DNA of 64,000 nt from contig NC_090325.1 in the NCBI RefSeq assembly GCF_035084215.1, forward strand, positions 50,468,001-50,532,000, read 5' to 3'. The notes under the pieces were generated by a model. It was given only the letters and a program-made list of their open reading frames with translations. It was not told the DNA's origin and ran no database searches. Source of the stretch: Heptranchias perlo (Eukaryota). This document shows, piece by piece, positions 1 through 13,324 of the stretch (position 1 is the first letter of the stretch; each line of letters starts with the position of its first letter). Both the position numbers and the translations under genes were made by a program.

Positions 1-962
1 GGGCCTGTGGAAAGAAAATGTCATCTGCAGACGAATCAAAATTGACTTTAAAATGTTGATTGAAGCACGAGGGTCATTTTTTCCTCGCTCTTTTTGTTTT
101 TCATCCCCACCCTCCAGTCCCTAAACCCACCTGTATTTCCAAGTTCAGATCAACAAATAGGCTTGGTATTCCCTGGGCGCACAGCCTTGTGCCTGCAAGT
201 AGAGGAGTAAGGTTAATTGCTGATGCAGGATTGTTAGGCCTGTAGCAGCCATGATGGCTGTCAATTTTGTTTTCTTTTGTTGCTGTCTACCCTCCCACTG
301 GGAACCCTTGGAAGTTCTCGGAAAATGCAAAGGGGCAGGGTCATGGGTCTCCACCCCTTTTCCCTTGTTGCAAACATAAAATAAGTATTCACTGTCACAA
401 AACAGAGGGAAAAAGTCATATTGTTTTACAGGCTAATACTGAGCAACTCTGTTGACTAGGTACCAAATAGTTCCCATACATTCGAGAACTGTTTTGAACC
501 TTAAGGAAAGCACCTTGTACTGGAAAATGATGGGTTTCTTGGAGGTTGCAGTTGGCTGATTGGTGAAATGATCTGCTGCTGTTCTGCAGCCCATGACATT
601 TTTTAATGTGCATATTAGAGTACTATAATAACTGCCTGGCTTGTGGATCCCAGAGTCCTGTACCAGGTTATAACTCTTGATTACAAGAACACTAACAAAA
701 GTGTGTGTGTGTTGCAGATTTACTTCTGAACATTTCTAGCTGTACTGAATGTTTTATTGGGTGGTATTACTGAACTTTATTCAATAAACTTTTTAGAAAC
801 TCATTCTTTTTAAAACAAAAACTTACTATTTTTACAATATTTTGAACACTGCAGATTCCACAGTAAACTGCTGGTAGCAGTACGAGGATGAATACTATAT
901 TTAAAATGAAATTAGTACTTGTTAACATTGCAGTTTTTACAATGCCCGTCTTTTTCTTTCAG

Positions 963-1076
963 ACATCTGCACAGCAAGCACTCATGGGAACCATTAATTC
1001 CAGCATGCAGGCTGTGCAGCAAGCGCAAGCTAGTCTGGATGATGTTGATGCCTTGCCGCCCCTTGGACACGATGCT
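963..1076 (+). CDS. TLN1: Talin-1 exon (window exon 1) TSAQQALMG...LPPLGHDA
   Basis: ttttctttcag acceptor, gtaaga donor, 114 nt, phase 0/0. Confidence 0.95.
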
Positions 1077-2087
1077 GTAAGACAATTATGATTAATTCAG
1101 ATAGACAGTGAACCATTACATATTTCAATTTTATTAAATAGCTACTATTGATCTGCATATATGTATTAAAAATATGCATATATAAACACAGGAAAAAGTG
1201 CAATTGCATAAATTTATGCATGTATCGATAAATGTAGTTACATCAGATCAAATTGTACATAACTAATAGATGTGAAGAGATGGCACTGTGGTGTGGTTCT
1301 GAGAACTGTTGGATTGTTGGTTGTTGGATCTGGTTGGCTGAAGGGGTGGTACAGTAGCCCCTAGTTCTGAGGTCTGATTTGTCAAAGGGACGTTACAGTC
1401 ATACATTACTAGAATCGTACATTATTAGACATACAAATGCACCTAAGTGTTTATGCACATGATCTCAAGAGTTGAGAAAAAAATTCAGAGCTTTCGTTGG
1501 GAGGAAATAAGGAACTGTATGTACCAAAATATCTCAAGCACTTGTCTGTGTCCCTGCTAAAGCAGTATTTAGATACTGCATTATAAATTATGCTGCTTAT
1601 AAAAAGGGACAAATGTAAAATGTCTACGACCTGGAGACTTGACTAGACATAGACGTTCACCACAATGTTGATCCTTTCTCTTCTATGCTAATTTACTCCT
1701 CTCGTGTAATTAAACACATTATTCTTGAAAGATCCAGTTTTACTCCATCTGGGCACAGCAAATATGCTGCGAACGTAGAGAGGTGGTTTTCTGGCCCATT
1801 TCTCTAGGAAAGCAGAGATGTCCATAATTTTAACTATGTAATTGACCAACATACTTGTCTGTAATCTGAATGATAGTTACGAAGAATTGAAGAAATATAT
1901 ATATCCTGAAGCACATATTGTCTATTCCTAAATTGGGAAAAAACCTTCTTTATATGCATCCAGTTTTCATCAATAAACATGAATCAAAAAAATTTTTTTA
2001 ACCTCTTAACAAAAGCTGAGCTTTATGACATGTTAAGTTGACGGTGTGAATTTGATGAGGCTAAAGCAGAAAACTTGAGCTCGCTTT

Positions 2088-2310
2088 AAGTCCCTTCATA
2101 ATTTAAAAAACTTCATTTATATCCTCTTTAAGCCTGCGTATTTGTAAAGTAAATAGACCGAACTCTTCAAGTCGATACTGATAACTAAGAGCCCTAAGCC
2201 TAGGTATCACTTTGGTGACTCTCTTCTGCACCTTCTCTAGAGCCGCTACAACTGTTGCCATGTACTGGGACCAAAAATGGTTACAATACTTCAAATGCAG
2301 GTCTTGTATT
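2088..2310 (-). mobile_element. Old CR1 LINE ORF2 C-terminal relic
   Basis: Minus-strand peptide YC..FWS...LEKVQKRVTKVIP.L..LSY..RL...GLFTL..RRL is typical of the CR1 ORF2 C-terminus. Confidence 0.75.
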
Positions 2311-3761
2311 TTATATTTAATGATCCTAGCTATCGGAGCTTTTAGAGTAAATTGATACAGTACTCTAAGAATTGGGATCGATTCCTGGCTATGGCTGAGA
2401 ATATGGCGTTTGACACTGTGGGGAGAAAGAGCATTCGTAACTCTTTGCTTGAGTAAAAATCAGGGTTCGTGGAGGGGGGGATGGGGAGGGAACGATCCGA
2501 TCACTCCCTCTCCATCCCCCCATCCAAGCTCGGATCAGGTTTTTCAGGGGGCTTGCAGAAATGGGTGGCTTGAGCTCCACAGTGAGTGGCACTATGGAGA
2601 ACAGTGTCACCTTTCTTGGAGATGCAGTTGGGAGGTCTGAGGTAAGTAAGCAACGATGTCATCCAGCATGAAAGCCAAGCTTGAAGGACCGGTAAGTAAA
2701 ATGAAAAGATAAGTTTAATTGTGTCAGAAACAACTTGACTGAATTAATGCGAGTGTTACTTGACAGGAAGTATGTGCGTAGGCACGACTCTAATATGTTA
2801 ATAATGGGTATGTCCATCAGTTAGACAGGGACAAAGTTAAAGATGCTACTCTTGTATATATCGTGCTATTGTAGAACTTTGGCTCGACTGCATTCTGAAT
2901 GGAAAGTCTCCCCAAACTATACAACTCCTGGAGCTGCAGTGACCATGCTTTTTTTTAACCAAATGAGCCAGGTCATTGAGCTGCATTATCACACCCACAA
3001 TCAAAGATGTGGAATTAACTGCCCCAGCAGTGGTTGTATCCTGTCTAGAACAGTTCTTGTTGGGATAAGTATCAAGTGATTGTTTGCAATAATTTGTTGT
3101 GTGCATATATTCCCATTTAATAAATTATTTTAAAATATTTCTGCAGCGTTCTTCAAGGCAATCCTTTTACACCTATTAGAAATGGGCTATCAAGACGGAA
3201 ACATCCCCATCTTATATAATACATTGTGCATTATATGTTATGATTGTCGTTATATAAAAACAAATATCCTCTGACTTTAAGCAATATTGCAGGAAATCTG
3301 CAAATATTTGTGAAAAATGTATAATGTTCATTAGAAGTTCAATGGCCAAACATACTAGACCAATACACTGTAGAAAGCATGGTGCTTTTGTTTCTAATTT
3401 ACATTTCATTTAAACAAAATCTCAACATGTGTTCAATGTGGATTTTTAAAAAAAGAACATTGATCACTATGTTGTGGTCTGGCCCAGTGGTTCTGTACCG
3501 TTCGCCAGTGCTACCATTGGTTATGCTGTGTGGGGTGCAGCACTGCAAGCTAAAAGGTTGTCACACAAACTAGCATTCTTCTAAACCAGTGTTTATTTTG
3601 TTGTATATTGTGATCATACTTCGTATGCTATTGTGCAGGTCATCCTGTAGACCTGACAACCTATTGTGCTCCACTAATTCTATTGCAGGTGTAATTCCAA
3701 ATTGTCATCAAAATGTAGTGGATTCGATTGTTAAAGTGGTATTAATGTTTTTATGTTCTAG

Positions 3762-3870
3762 GCCTCAAAAGCATGGAGAAAAAATAAAATGGATGAATCC
3801 AAACACGAGATCCATTCACAGGTTGATGCCATTACTGCAGGCACAGCATCAGTGGTCAACCTCACTGCAG
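3762..3870 (+). CDS. TLN1: Talin-1 exon 2 ASKAWRKNKMDESKHEIHSQVDAITAGTASVVNLTA(G)
   Basis: ttctag acceptor, gtcagt donor, 109 nt, ends phase 1. Confidence 0.95.
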
Positions 3871-4278
3871 GTCAGTCAAAGAGGCAAATACAATGTTAAT
3901 CCTGTATATTTTCAAAAGATTAAATTAAATCTAATTATTGGCAGGTTCATGGCTGACCATTTTAAAGAAATACATTTTTGGGAGTGTTAGTTATGGAATC
4001 CTAATTCTTTTAGGAAAGGGATACAATTCTTTGAAAACACCCATCGACAAAGCGAAGTGGTCAACAGTGTCACACTTGATGTATGCAATGTTGTATTATT
4101 GTAAGAGCACCTTTATAGTCCCCACGTGTAATTTTCTCCACACATGACGGAGGGGGACCTATGCCCATGCGGATAGGGTAAACCGGGCAGTGGATAAAGA
4201 TTTAAATAGGTTAGGGTGTTGGGAATGTACTTTTGTAATAATATAGACATCGGGTGCAGTCCTGTGCCTATGCGCCAA

Positions 4279-4912
4279 GAATCATAGAATGGTTACAGCA
4301 CGGAAGGCGGCCATTTGGCCCATTGAGTTCTTGCCAGCTCTCTGCAAGAGTAATAAAGCTAGTCCCATTCCCCCGCCCTGCTAATTTTTTCCCTACAAGT
4401 ACTTATCCAATTCCCTTTTGAAGGCCATGATTGAATCTGCCTCCACCATCCCCTCAGGCAGTGCATTCCAGATCATAACCACTTGCTGTGCAAAAAAAAT
4501 GTTTTTCCTCATGTCACCCTTGGTTCTTTTGCCAATCACCTTAAATCCATGTCGTCTGGTTCTTGATCCTTCTGCCAATGGGAACAGTTTCTTTCTATCT
4601 TCGCTGTCTAGACCCTTTATGATTTTGAATACCTCTATCAAATCTCCTCGCTACCTTCTCTGCTCTAAGGAGAATAACCTCAGCTTCTCCAGTCTTTCCA
4701 TGTAACTAAAGTCCTTCGTCCCTGGTACCATTCTAGTAAATCTCTTCTGCACCCTCTCTAAAGTCTTCACATTCTTCCTAAAGTGCAGTGCCCAGAATTG
4801 GACACAATACTCCAGTTGTGGCCGAACCAGTGTTTTATAAAGGTTCATCATAACTTCCTTACTTTTGTACTCTATGCCTCTATTTATGAAGCCCAGGATC
4901 CCATATGTTTTT
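4279..4912 (-). mobile_element. CR1 LINE, 5'-truncated 3' end
   Basis: LYKTLVRPQLEYCVQFW...RVQKRFTRMVPG peptides; tail reads aatcatagaa on + (ttctatgatt on the element strand). Confidence 0.9.
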
Positions 4913-4929
4913 AATGAATTTTTTAATAT

Positions 4930-5655
4930 ATATATGTAATTGTGCCTCTGCTATCTCTTTCCTAACTTCTTTTAATAGATGCGGATTCAGTCCCCGTCCA
5001 AGGGCTTTATCCTCTCTAAGTTTGATTAGTTTTCTCAATTATCTCTCCCCTTTCTATCTTAAATGCCTTTATATCTTTTTTGATCTCTTCTTCTAATGTC
5101 ATGCCCACCATGTTATTCTCCCTGGTAAATACTGAGGCAAAGTAATTAATATTTGTCATTTTGCTGTCATTACCTGTGAGTTTATCATGTGTATCCCTTA
5201 GTGGTCCTATCCCTATCCTGATTTTTCTTTTGTTATTTATGTGTCTGTAGAATACTTTACTAAACTTATATTCATAGTTTCTCTTAGCCTTCCTAATTGT
5301 TTTTTGACTTCTTTCCTAACCTTTTCGTACTCCCTTTTGTCATCCTCTCCTTTGTTGTCTACATACTTAGTGTACACCTTTTTCTTCAATTTCAATTTTG
5401 CCCTTATTTCTGTATTCATCAATGGTGTGTCTTTACTAGCTAGTTCTTGCTTTTTAGTGGGATATATTTCTCCTGGTCACTCTTGATCACCATTTAAAAT
5501 GTCTCCCACTGCTGTTCTTTTTCTTTTTGTTAGTAAATTTTTCCAGTTTATTTTCCCTAGTTCCATTCTCATCCCCTTAAAATCTGTTGTTTTCCAATTC
5601 ATTACTTTGGTCTTTGTCTCACTTGTGTCTTTCTCCATCTTTATCTTAAATCTTT
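4930..5655 (-). mobile_element. CR1 ORF2 fragment (endonuclease-RT linker region), degraded
   Basis: Minus peptide EIRAKLKLKKKVY..Y...EYEKVRKEVKK; LNNYFASVFT-like segment near 5120-5150. Confidence 0.7.
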
Positions 5656-6103
5656 AGTTCAACGTACCAAAGACAGCAAAAGGCTGCACAGCACAATCTC
5701 GGGACGTATCATTAACTACCTTATCTATTACATGTACAGAAAAGAATAAACATATAGATATATCCATAAGATGATTAGAACTATCCAACACTATTTTCTT
5801 AGACATTTATAGCCTTGCAGATCTTGCCTGTCAGTTACATTTGCAGATTTTTAGTTTTATGTTTTTAACAATAGAGCGAATATAAAATGGAACCTAATAT
5901 AAATAGATTATTTTACTATCTTTGGATCTTGATTTCAAACAAGGGGTTGGCAGGGAAAAAGCCACAAAGTAAGTCAAAAAGTGTGAGAAAAAGACCAGCA
6001 GGACATAGGCACAGGGGCAGTGTAGTCAGTAAGACTGATCAGGCAGTGGATAGACTATGGGTAGAGTTAACAGTACAAGATTCTGGTAAATGAGTACCTT
6101 CCA

Positions 6104-6228
6104 GAAGTTTTCAAGACTGAGATCGATAGATTTTTGTTAGGTATGGGTATCAAGGAATCTGGAGAAAAGGTGGGTAAATGGAGTTGAGGTACAGATCAGC
6201 CATGATCTAATTGAATGGCAGAAAAGGC
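6104..6228 (+). mobile_element. CR1 3'-end fragment
   Basis: ttcaagactgagatcgatagatttttgttagg...gatcagccatgatctaattgaatggc matches the CR1 ends at 50815-50950 and 56450-56600. Confidence 0.85.
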
Positions 6229-6591
6229 TAAGAGTAGCAGACATTTTTAAAAGATATCAACTGCCTTTCATCGAGATTTGCTTTGATTTATTGCCTTATT
6301 CTTTGCTTGCTGTTTGTTGATTGCTTTACTTATAGTTTCCTACTGTAGATGTCACAACAGGTTTTCAACTGTGCTTCTGGCCCTGTTTTTAAGATCAGAA
6401 TCATGTTATTTCTAATTATCTAGAAGATGATATTGTGATGCACTTTTTTCTTTAAAAAAAAGTTATTTCTACATTAATCATGACATTAAGAATATATTTT
6501 AGACATTGCATTGTCAAACTGAAATAATCCTATTTCAGTTCCCTTTATGGTATTGCTATCTTTAAAACAAAGTGCTGATTTTATTTTACAG

Positions 6592-6800
6592 GGGACCCTC
6601 TTGATACAGACTACACAGCAGTGGGATGTGCAGTGACAACCATCTCTTCAAACTTAACGGAGATGTCAAAAGGTGTCAAACTGCTGGCAGCCCTAATGGA
6701 GGACGAGGGTGCAAATGGACAGCAGCTACTGAAAGCTGCTAAGAACCTGGCTTGTGCTGTCTCAGAATTACTGAAGACTGCTCAGCCAGCTACTGCTGAG
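6592..6800 (+). CDS. TLN1: Talin-1 exon 3 (G)DPLDTDYTAVGC...AQPATAE
   Basis: ttttacag / gtaaac, 209 nt, phase 1/0. Confidence 0.95.
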
Positions 6801-7410
6801 GTAAACTGATATTTCTTGATTTATTCAAGTATTCTGATGATTATTCCAAGCGGGGAGCCATTTAAATCTGCCATTCCCTTTTGGAAAGAGTAACAGGAAC
6901 TTAAAACTACCTAAAAATGCAACAAGAGTTTGCAGGATTACAATGTAAGTTTCTTCTCAACTACAAATTGCAGGTGACATTCATATGGACCGCAGCTAAA
7001 CAGGCATCTGAGTCATGGCTTTCCCATGACTATGTTGCAGTGAGTTAAACATGGGGGCAAAGGCTTCATAGGCAGAATGTATAATTACTCATTCAAATTT
7101 CTAATCAATGTATTATTGCTTTCTATGGAAATGCTGCAAAACAGAGAAGATGATTAATTATTTACAGCCTTCTGATCAAATTTACCTAATTAATTATTTA
7201 GACAGTAGCTGTTTAAAGTCACCAATCATTGTGCAGTGCTAAAGACATGTACAATTGACATGGTAAGCAGCTGGTGTTGTGTAACACTCTCTATGATCAG
7301 ATCTTTCCTCCTGGTTAAAGTCAATAAGTTGCTACAGGTCGAATTTATTGAGTTTATTTTTTTTTAAGTTAGACAAAGAAATGTAATAGGTTTAATATTT
7401 TGCATTTCAG

Positions 7411-7509
7411 CCTCGACAGAACCTGCTTACTGCTGCTGGTACTGTCGGTCAAACAAGCGGTGAACTTCTCCAGCAGATTGGGGAAAGTGATGCAGATCCA
7501 CGGTTCCAG
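7411..7509 (+). CDS. TLN1: Talin-1 exon 4 PRQNLLTAAG...DADPRFQ
   Basis: atttcag / gtatat, 99 nt. Confidence 0.95.
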
Positions 7510-8925
7510 GTATATACTAATCTCAACAAGATTTGTTTTAAATTACATTTACTAAGCATCATTAGCTGAGAGTGTTAAAGTGATAACATTATGTTGGAAT
7601 TTTGTAAATCCTTTGTACAGTTTCCTGTAGGTGCACAAAAATATACAACAAGGAATATATCAGGTGTTACACTCAAAACGGTAAATGTAGTTTATTCAGC
7701 CATTTCATTCAATAAACCAATTTGTTGCAATTTTTCTCCAAATCCAAATATACAATCAAGATTGTCAATAACATTAAATCTTAAATTGTACTAACTGATT
7801 CAATGTGGAAATCAGATTGCACTTCTCTCAAGATTAAATTTTAATGAATTACTTTGCAAATATTCCACCGTACATTGATTAAAACTGACTTGTGTGGCAC
7901 TGGCAAAATAACACTGATTGGCAATGGTTATTTGACAGAATGCTATAGAGAGAATCCAGCATTCTGGGAAAGATACAACTTAATTCAACATGTGCAAATG
8001 CCACATGTCAGGCCTGATATTATTGAGCCATCCACAGTACACCGAAGATAAAAATGGTCTCTTGTCAATGTATGTGGGATCCTATTTATTTAATGAGTTC
8101 TTCTCAGTCTACATTTATCTGAGACAAAGTTCAAGATGCCAGTGTTATAACGATCGCATGACTGTCGAATTTGGACATGCCTAGATTCTGAATAGAAAAT
8201 CTCGCCAAACTGTACAACCCCTAAAGCTGGACTGATCATCTCATTCATACCAAATTAACCTGGTCATTATGCTGCATTATTAGCATCTATGACTGAGATT
8301 TGTAGTTAACCACTCAAGCAGTGGTTGAATATTTCCCAGAAAACAGTGCATGTTGGGATAAGTGCAAAGTGATTGTTAGCACTAATTTTATGTCAAATGA
8401 ATATATTCCTATTTAATTTATTTTCAATTACATTGCTTCAATCTCTGGAAAAGCAATTCTGGTCATCATGGAATTGTTATAATTTTGTTCTGACTTTAAA
8501 TTGTCTCTGTGGTTAGAGTTATCAGGAAGTAAAATTGTATATAATTAACATAAATGTTTTGTGCTATACCAGTGCAGAACACACTTATATTGTCAAGTGA
8601 TCCTGATGTTAATAATGTTAAGTCAAAGTAGGGCAAATATGGTTAAATGGTACCATGACAACTAGATAGTGCTTTTCAATATCTGCTGCGCCTCACTGTC
8701 ATCTAATAATGGTAGTGATTTTTGTATACAATATTCTAGATTTTCAGACTGTTGCAGATCTAATTGAATTCCATTGTGCTATAAATTGTGAAAGTTGATA
8801 TTTGTTTAAGTGGTAAACAGGATGGACTAAATATTCCCAATGTTGATTTTTATATCAAATTTAAATATCTTAAAAATGGCAAGCATTAGAACATGCCATC
8901 ATTTTTCATTTTCTGACCACTTTAG

Positions 8926-9093
8926 GACATGCTCATGCAACTGGCCAAAGCTGTAGCAAATGCAGCAGCAGCTTTGGTCCTGAAGGCAAAGAATGTGGCT
9001 CAGAAAACAGAGGATTCAGTATTACAGAACCGTGTCATTGCAGCTGCGACACAGTGTGCACTTTCCACCTCACAGCTTGTAGCTTGCACTAAG
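8926..9093 (+). CDS. TLN1: Talin-1 exon 5 DMLMQLAKAV...QLVACTK
   Basis: ctttag / gtaagt, 168 nt. Confidence 0.95.
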
Positions 9094-9421
9094 GTAAGTG
9101 TTCCGAAAAAAGAGTTCATTGGTTTACAAATGTTTGTAGCATTGTTTAAATGAAGAAAATGGAATATCTTTGCATCTTTAGCTCATCTTAGAATTTAGAT
9201 GATTGAAAACTCAAATCATGGCAGAAGGGTGCCATGATGCATAGCTCTGATGAACCTTTGTCATTATTGTAGCTGAAATAAATGTTACGCCAAAAGTAGA
9301 GAACTTGCCTGGTTGTATTTCTGGAAGTAAAAAGTGGCTTTTGTTAAATTAGATTCACCTAATTGTCCTTTGATCATGCCTGTAAATAACTTTAAGTAAT
9401 TTTCCATCTATCTCTTTACAG

Positions 9422-9716
9422 GTAGTAGCTCCAACTATCAGCTCCCCTGTATGCCAGGAACAGCTGATTGAAGCTGGGAAACTAGTTGCCAAATCAGTGG
9501 AGGGATGTGTGGAGGCTTCTCAGGCTGCAACAAATGATGAACAGCTGTTGAAACAGGTCGGTGTGGTAGCCACTGCTGTGACACAAGCCCTCAATGACCT
9601 GTTGCAGCATATCAAGCTATATGCCACTGGAGGGCACCCATTAGGACGCTATGATCAGGCGACTGACACCATTCTAACAGTGACAGAAAACATTTTCAGC
9701 TCCATGGGGGATGCTG
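9422..9716 (+). CDS. TLN1: Talin-1 exon 6 VVAPTISSPVCQEQL...FSSMGDA(G)
   Basis: ctttacag / gtaagg, 295 nt, ends phase 1. Confidence 0.95.
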
Positions 9717-10139
9717 GTAAGGAAATGGTTCCTCTGACCAGCCCATATACAATATATGCTAATGTGGAATGATTACTGAATATAGAAACTGTACAGTTAT
9801 TATACATGAAGTATCGTTCCTAAAGATGGAAAAAGGCAGTATAATTTTAAAGCTTTCTAAAATGATAGATGAATCTGATGGGTGTCCAAATCTTTCATCA
9901 GTTTCACTAAAATAATTGTTGGTTCTGTATTTATAAATTTAATTGCATTTTTAATTCTCTCTCTGCCAATTGCCCATCCTCTGACAAAGGCGTTGACTCT
10001 TTGCTGTAGTATGATTCAGCAGGTGGCAACACCCTCCAGTAGCTCGCTCAATTGCAATTCTTAATGTGTTAGCCTCAACAGTGAGTATCAGCAGGCCATT
10101 TGATTGAACGATGCATCATGTCCTTTTCCAGCAAGAGTG

Positions 10140-10385
10140 GTTGGATAGTGATCAGAGGCGGTAACACTAGGTGACTTTTTACCTCTGCCTACCTAACCTA
10201 GGGTCACTGAGGCAAATTGCAGTGCATTAATTACTGCCCCAGCTGAGACCAGCTAACGCAGTACAGACTAAGGATTGAACCTGGAACGTTCCTGGACTGT
10301 ATGATTTAGCTACTCGCTGGAGTGGGGCTTGAACCCACGACCACCTGATTCAGAGGCAAGAGTGCTACCGCTGGGCCAAGGCTGA
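10140..10385 (-). mobile_element. SINE relics: tRNA-headed SINE (about 10140-10315) plus DeuSINE tRNA head (about 10312-10385)
   Basis: Reverse complement of 10320-10385 matches the head of the SINE at 62858 (A box ggcccagcgg, B box ggttcaagccc); the left part resembles the 36476/45790/54170 family. Confidence 0.65.
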
Positions 10386-10470
10386 TGCACAATGCTAAAA
10401 ATACAGCTGACGTTTTGTTTGTAATATTGATTGAATGTTAAATGCAATCTTCCCCCCCCACAAAAAATAG

Positions 10471-10637
10471 GCGAGATGGTGCGACAGGCTAGAATTCTGG
10501 CTCAAGCTACTTCAGACTTGGTTAATGCCATTAAAGCTGATGCTGAAGGTGAATCTGATCTCGAGAACTCCAGAAAACTGCTCTCTGCAGCCAAGCTATT
10601 GGCTGATGCCACAGCTCGGATGGTGGAAGCTGCAAAG
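10471..10637 (+). CDS. TLN1: Talin-1 exon 7 (G)EMVRQARIL...MVEAAK (R3)
   Basis: aaatag / gtaatg, 167 nt, phase 1/0. Confidence 0.94.
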
Positions 10638-12275
10638 GTAATGCTGAGGTTTTTGAACATTTGTCGTGTTCCTATCCTTGACAGTATTTTGAATGCTTTT
10701 TATAGGTACAAGTTCTTTCTCCAACTTCACAAAACTTGATGTATCAGCCCACACTGGACATTTAATTTTTAATGGTAATGTTTTTTCTTTGTCACTGTAC
10801 ATATGGGGTTAAAAATTAGATTTACTCACAGAAAATGGCCCAGTCTATTTCACTATATGGTAGCCCCAGGAAAGATGTTCTATCTATGGGAGGGGCCAAG
10901 CCATACAATTCAAATGTTACTATCCCGTGGGATTTGTTTCAAAATATATATGATTGGTAGCTTTATCAGAGTTTGAGATACACATTTAAATTTCCTTTGC
11001 CCTGGTCAAAATTTTGGAAGTATTTTTTTGTCCTGCCATGTGTCAATTGATTAGTCAATCTGAAGCCATCAGAGAGCTATAGATAGTCCGTGCAAGGTCA
11101 GCTACAAATCATCATGTAAGGTTCATATTTAGGAACTTTGTGGAAGGCCCACTTCACAGTGAAGTTTAGCGTGAGTGTTTTCTAACATTCTGAGGAGAAA
11201 CAGTTAAGCCTGTAACTACGATAAATCTACAATGCATTGTTGCTGTTCTTTTATTTATTCTACCACCTTTTGAGGTCGAGGAAGATTACCTGAACGCATG
11301 TGATAAATGCAATAAGGCAAAATGCAGTGACATAGATTTTCTGTTTGAACTCTGGGCTTGCTACAAATTACCAAAATATTGGGCAACTAAAGGCACACTC
11401 TGGATCATAGAAAGTGAGGACTCACCTACAGGAGTAGTCTGACACACAGAATCCGAGGAAAATAATAACCTGGGGTGCAGGGGGGGAACAATTCAAGAAT
11501 GTTACAAGAATTTACACTGGATATTATACCCTAGAATTCTACTTTTCTTGTCACAATACATGAATATCATATTCAGTGGGTAAAGAACTGGATTCCCCTA
11601 AACAATTGTGGTTCAGTTCTGTGTTGAGAAATTAGTTTATCTTGGACAAGCTCAAGGTAGCTTCTTTCACTGAAATAGTTTTTGGGACATTGATATTGAC
11701 ACCAGAATTTTAGTGGCAAAGTTAAATGACAAGTTTGTAAAAGAGGCTGATAATTTCAACAATTACACATGTTAAAAAGAAACATATTTTCCTTCTCCGG
11801 TATGATCCAAGAATAGTTGCATTGGTGTAAACATCTCTTTTTATTACTGAGTTGAAAAGTGAGCCCATCTTTTGAAATAAGATGGTATAATATGCTAACA
11901 GTGTAAATTATAGTAGAAATTATTTTCAAATTAGCAGAATTGCACGATAGACTTTTATTAGCGACGGAAAATGCTGGAAGTTCACAGCATACTGATCAGA
12001 GCTTGAAAGGGAAAAGACTGATTCATTTCAAAGGAAACCATTAATCTCTTCTCATTTGCATGCTGATAGCCCTGCTCTGCATTTCTAGAATATTCTCAGA
12101 TTTCCAGCACCTGGTGATTTTTCTTTATCTCAAGACACTTGTTTGTAGTGGAAACCATTGATGGCATTTTCTCAATTACATGTGTAATAATTAAGCGCTG
12201 GTTTCGCATTGACTTAAATGCTATAAATCCCAAGTCAGTGGGTTGAATTCTGTTTTTCAATTATCGTGGTTTTAG

Positions 12276-12404
12276 GGTGCAGCAGCCAATCCTGACAGTG
12301 AGGAGCAGCAGCAGAGGTTGAGAGAAGCTGCTGAAGGTTTACGAAGGGCAACCAACGTAGCAGCACAGAATGCCATTAAGAAGAAATTAGTGAATAAACT
12401 CGAG
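12276..12404 (+). CDS. TLN1: Talin-1 exon 8 GAAANPDSEEQQQRL...KKKLVNKLE
   Basis: ttttag / gtgggt, 129 nt. Confidence 0.95.
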
Positions 12405-12589
12405 GTGGGTAAAGAATACAGTGACTTTACAATGAGGAGTTTCATGAGTAGTTGAATTTAACAGTTCAATAATTAGATATGTATATAGTCGATGTGAACT
12501 TGATTGACTTGCTTAATGCAAAAATTGATGGCTCAGTTGTTGAGACGCACTTTTCACAGTGCACTTAAGTATTGAATTAGAACACAATG

Positions 12590-13306
12590 AAGGCACACCA
12601 AGCCCAGTCGACTCTGCAAAATACTCCTCACCAACATCTGGAGACTGGTGCCAAAGTTGGGAGAGCTGTCCAAAAGACTAGTCAAGCAACAGCCTGACAT
12701 AGTCCTACTCACAGAATCATACCCGTCAGCCAATGTCTCAGGCTCCTTCATCACCATCCTTGGGTATGTCCTATCCCATCAGCAGGACAGACCCACCAGA
12801 GGTGGGGGCACAGTGGCATATAGTCAGGTGGGCGTGGCCCTGGGAGTCCTCAATGTGACTCCAGACCCCATGAAATCTCATGGCTTCAGGTCAAACATGG
12901 GCAAGTAAATGTCTTGCTGATTACCATCTACAGCCCTCCCTCAGCTGATGAATCAGTACCCCTCCATGTTGAACACCACTTGGAGGAAGCACTCTGAGAG
13001 TAGCAAGAACACACAATATACTCTAGGTGGGGGACTTCAATGTCCGTCACCAAGAATGGCTCGGTAGTACCACCACTGACCGAGTTGGCTGATTCCTGAT
13101 GGACATAGCTGCCAGACTGGGCTTGCAGCAAGTAGTGAGAGAACCAACACAAGGGAATAACCTACTTGACCTCACCCTCACGAATCTACCCATCACAGAT
13201 GCGTCTGTATTGGTAGGAGTGATCACCGTACAGTTCTTGCGGAGACAAGTCCCGTCTTCACACTGAGGACACCCTCCATCGTGTCATGCGGCATTACCAC
13301 TGTGCT
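12590..13306 (+). mobile_element. LINE family B (CR1/Jockey-group non-LTR), APE endonuclease region, interrupted by a young CR1
   Basis: LTNIW.LVPKLGEL...PDIVLLTES, GDFNV, DLTLTNLP, GRSDH APE motifs; frameshifted. Confidence 0.8.
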
Positions 13307-13324
13307 GGTAATGCACAGTGGTAA

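Noticed and set aside
7510-8925. Homolog of the human TLN1 alternative exon 17b in this intron
   Set aside because: No in-frame cassette with credible splice sites or similarity was seen by eye.
9215-9238. 9-bp hairpin atcatggca-gaaggg-tgccatgat
   Set aside because: Stems of this length are expected occasionally by chance in 64 kb; no supporting context.
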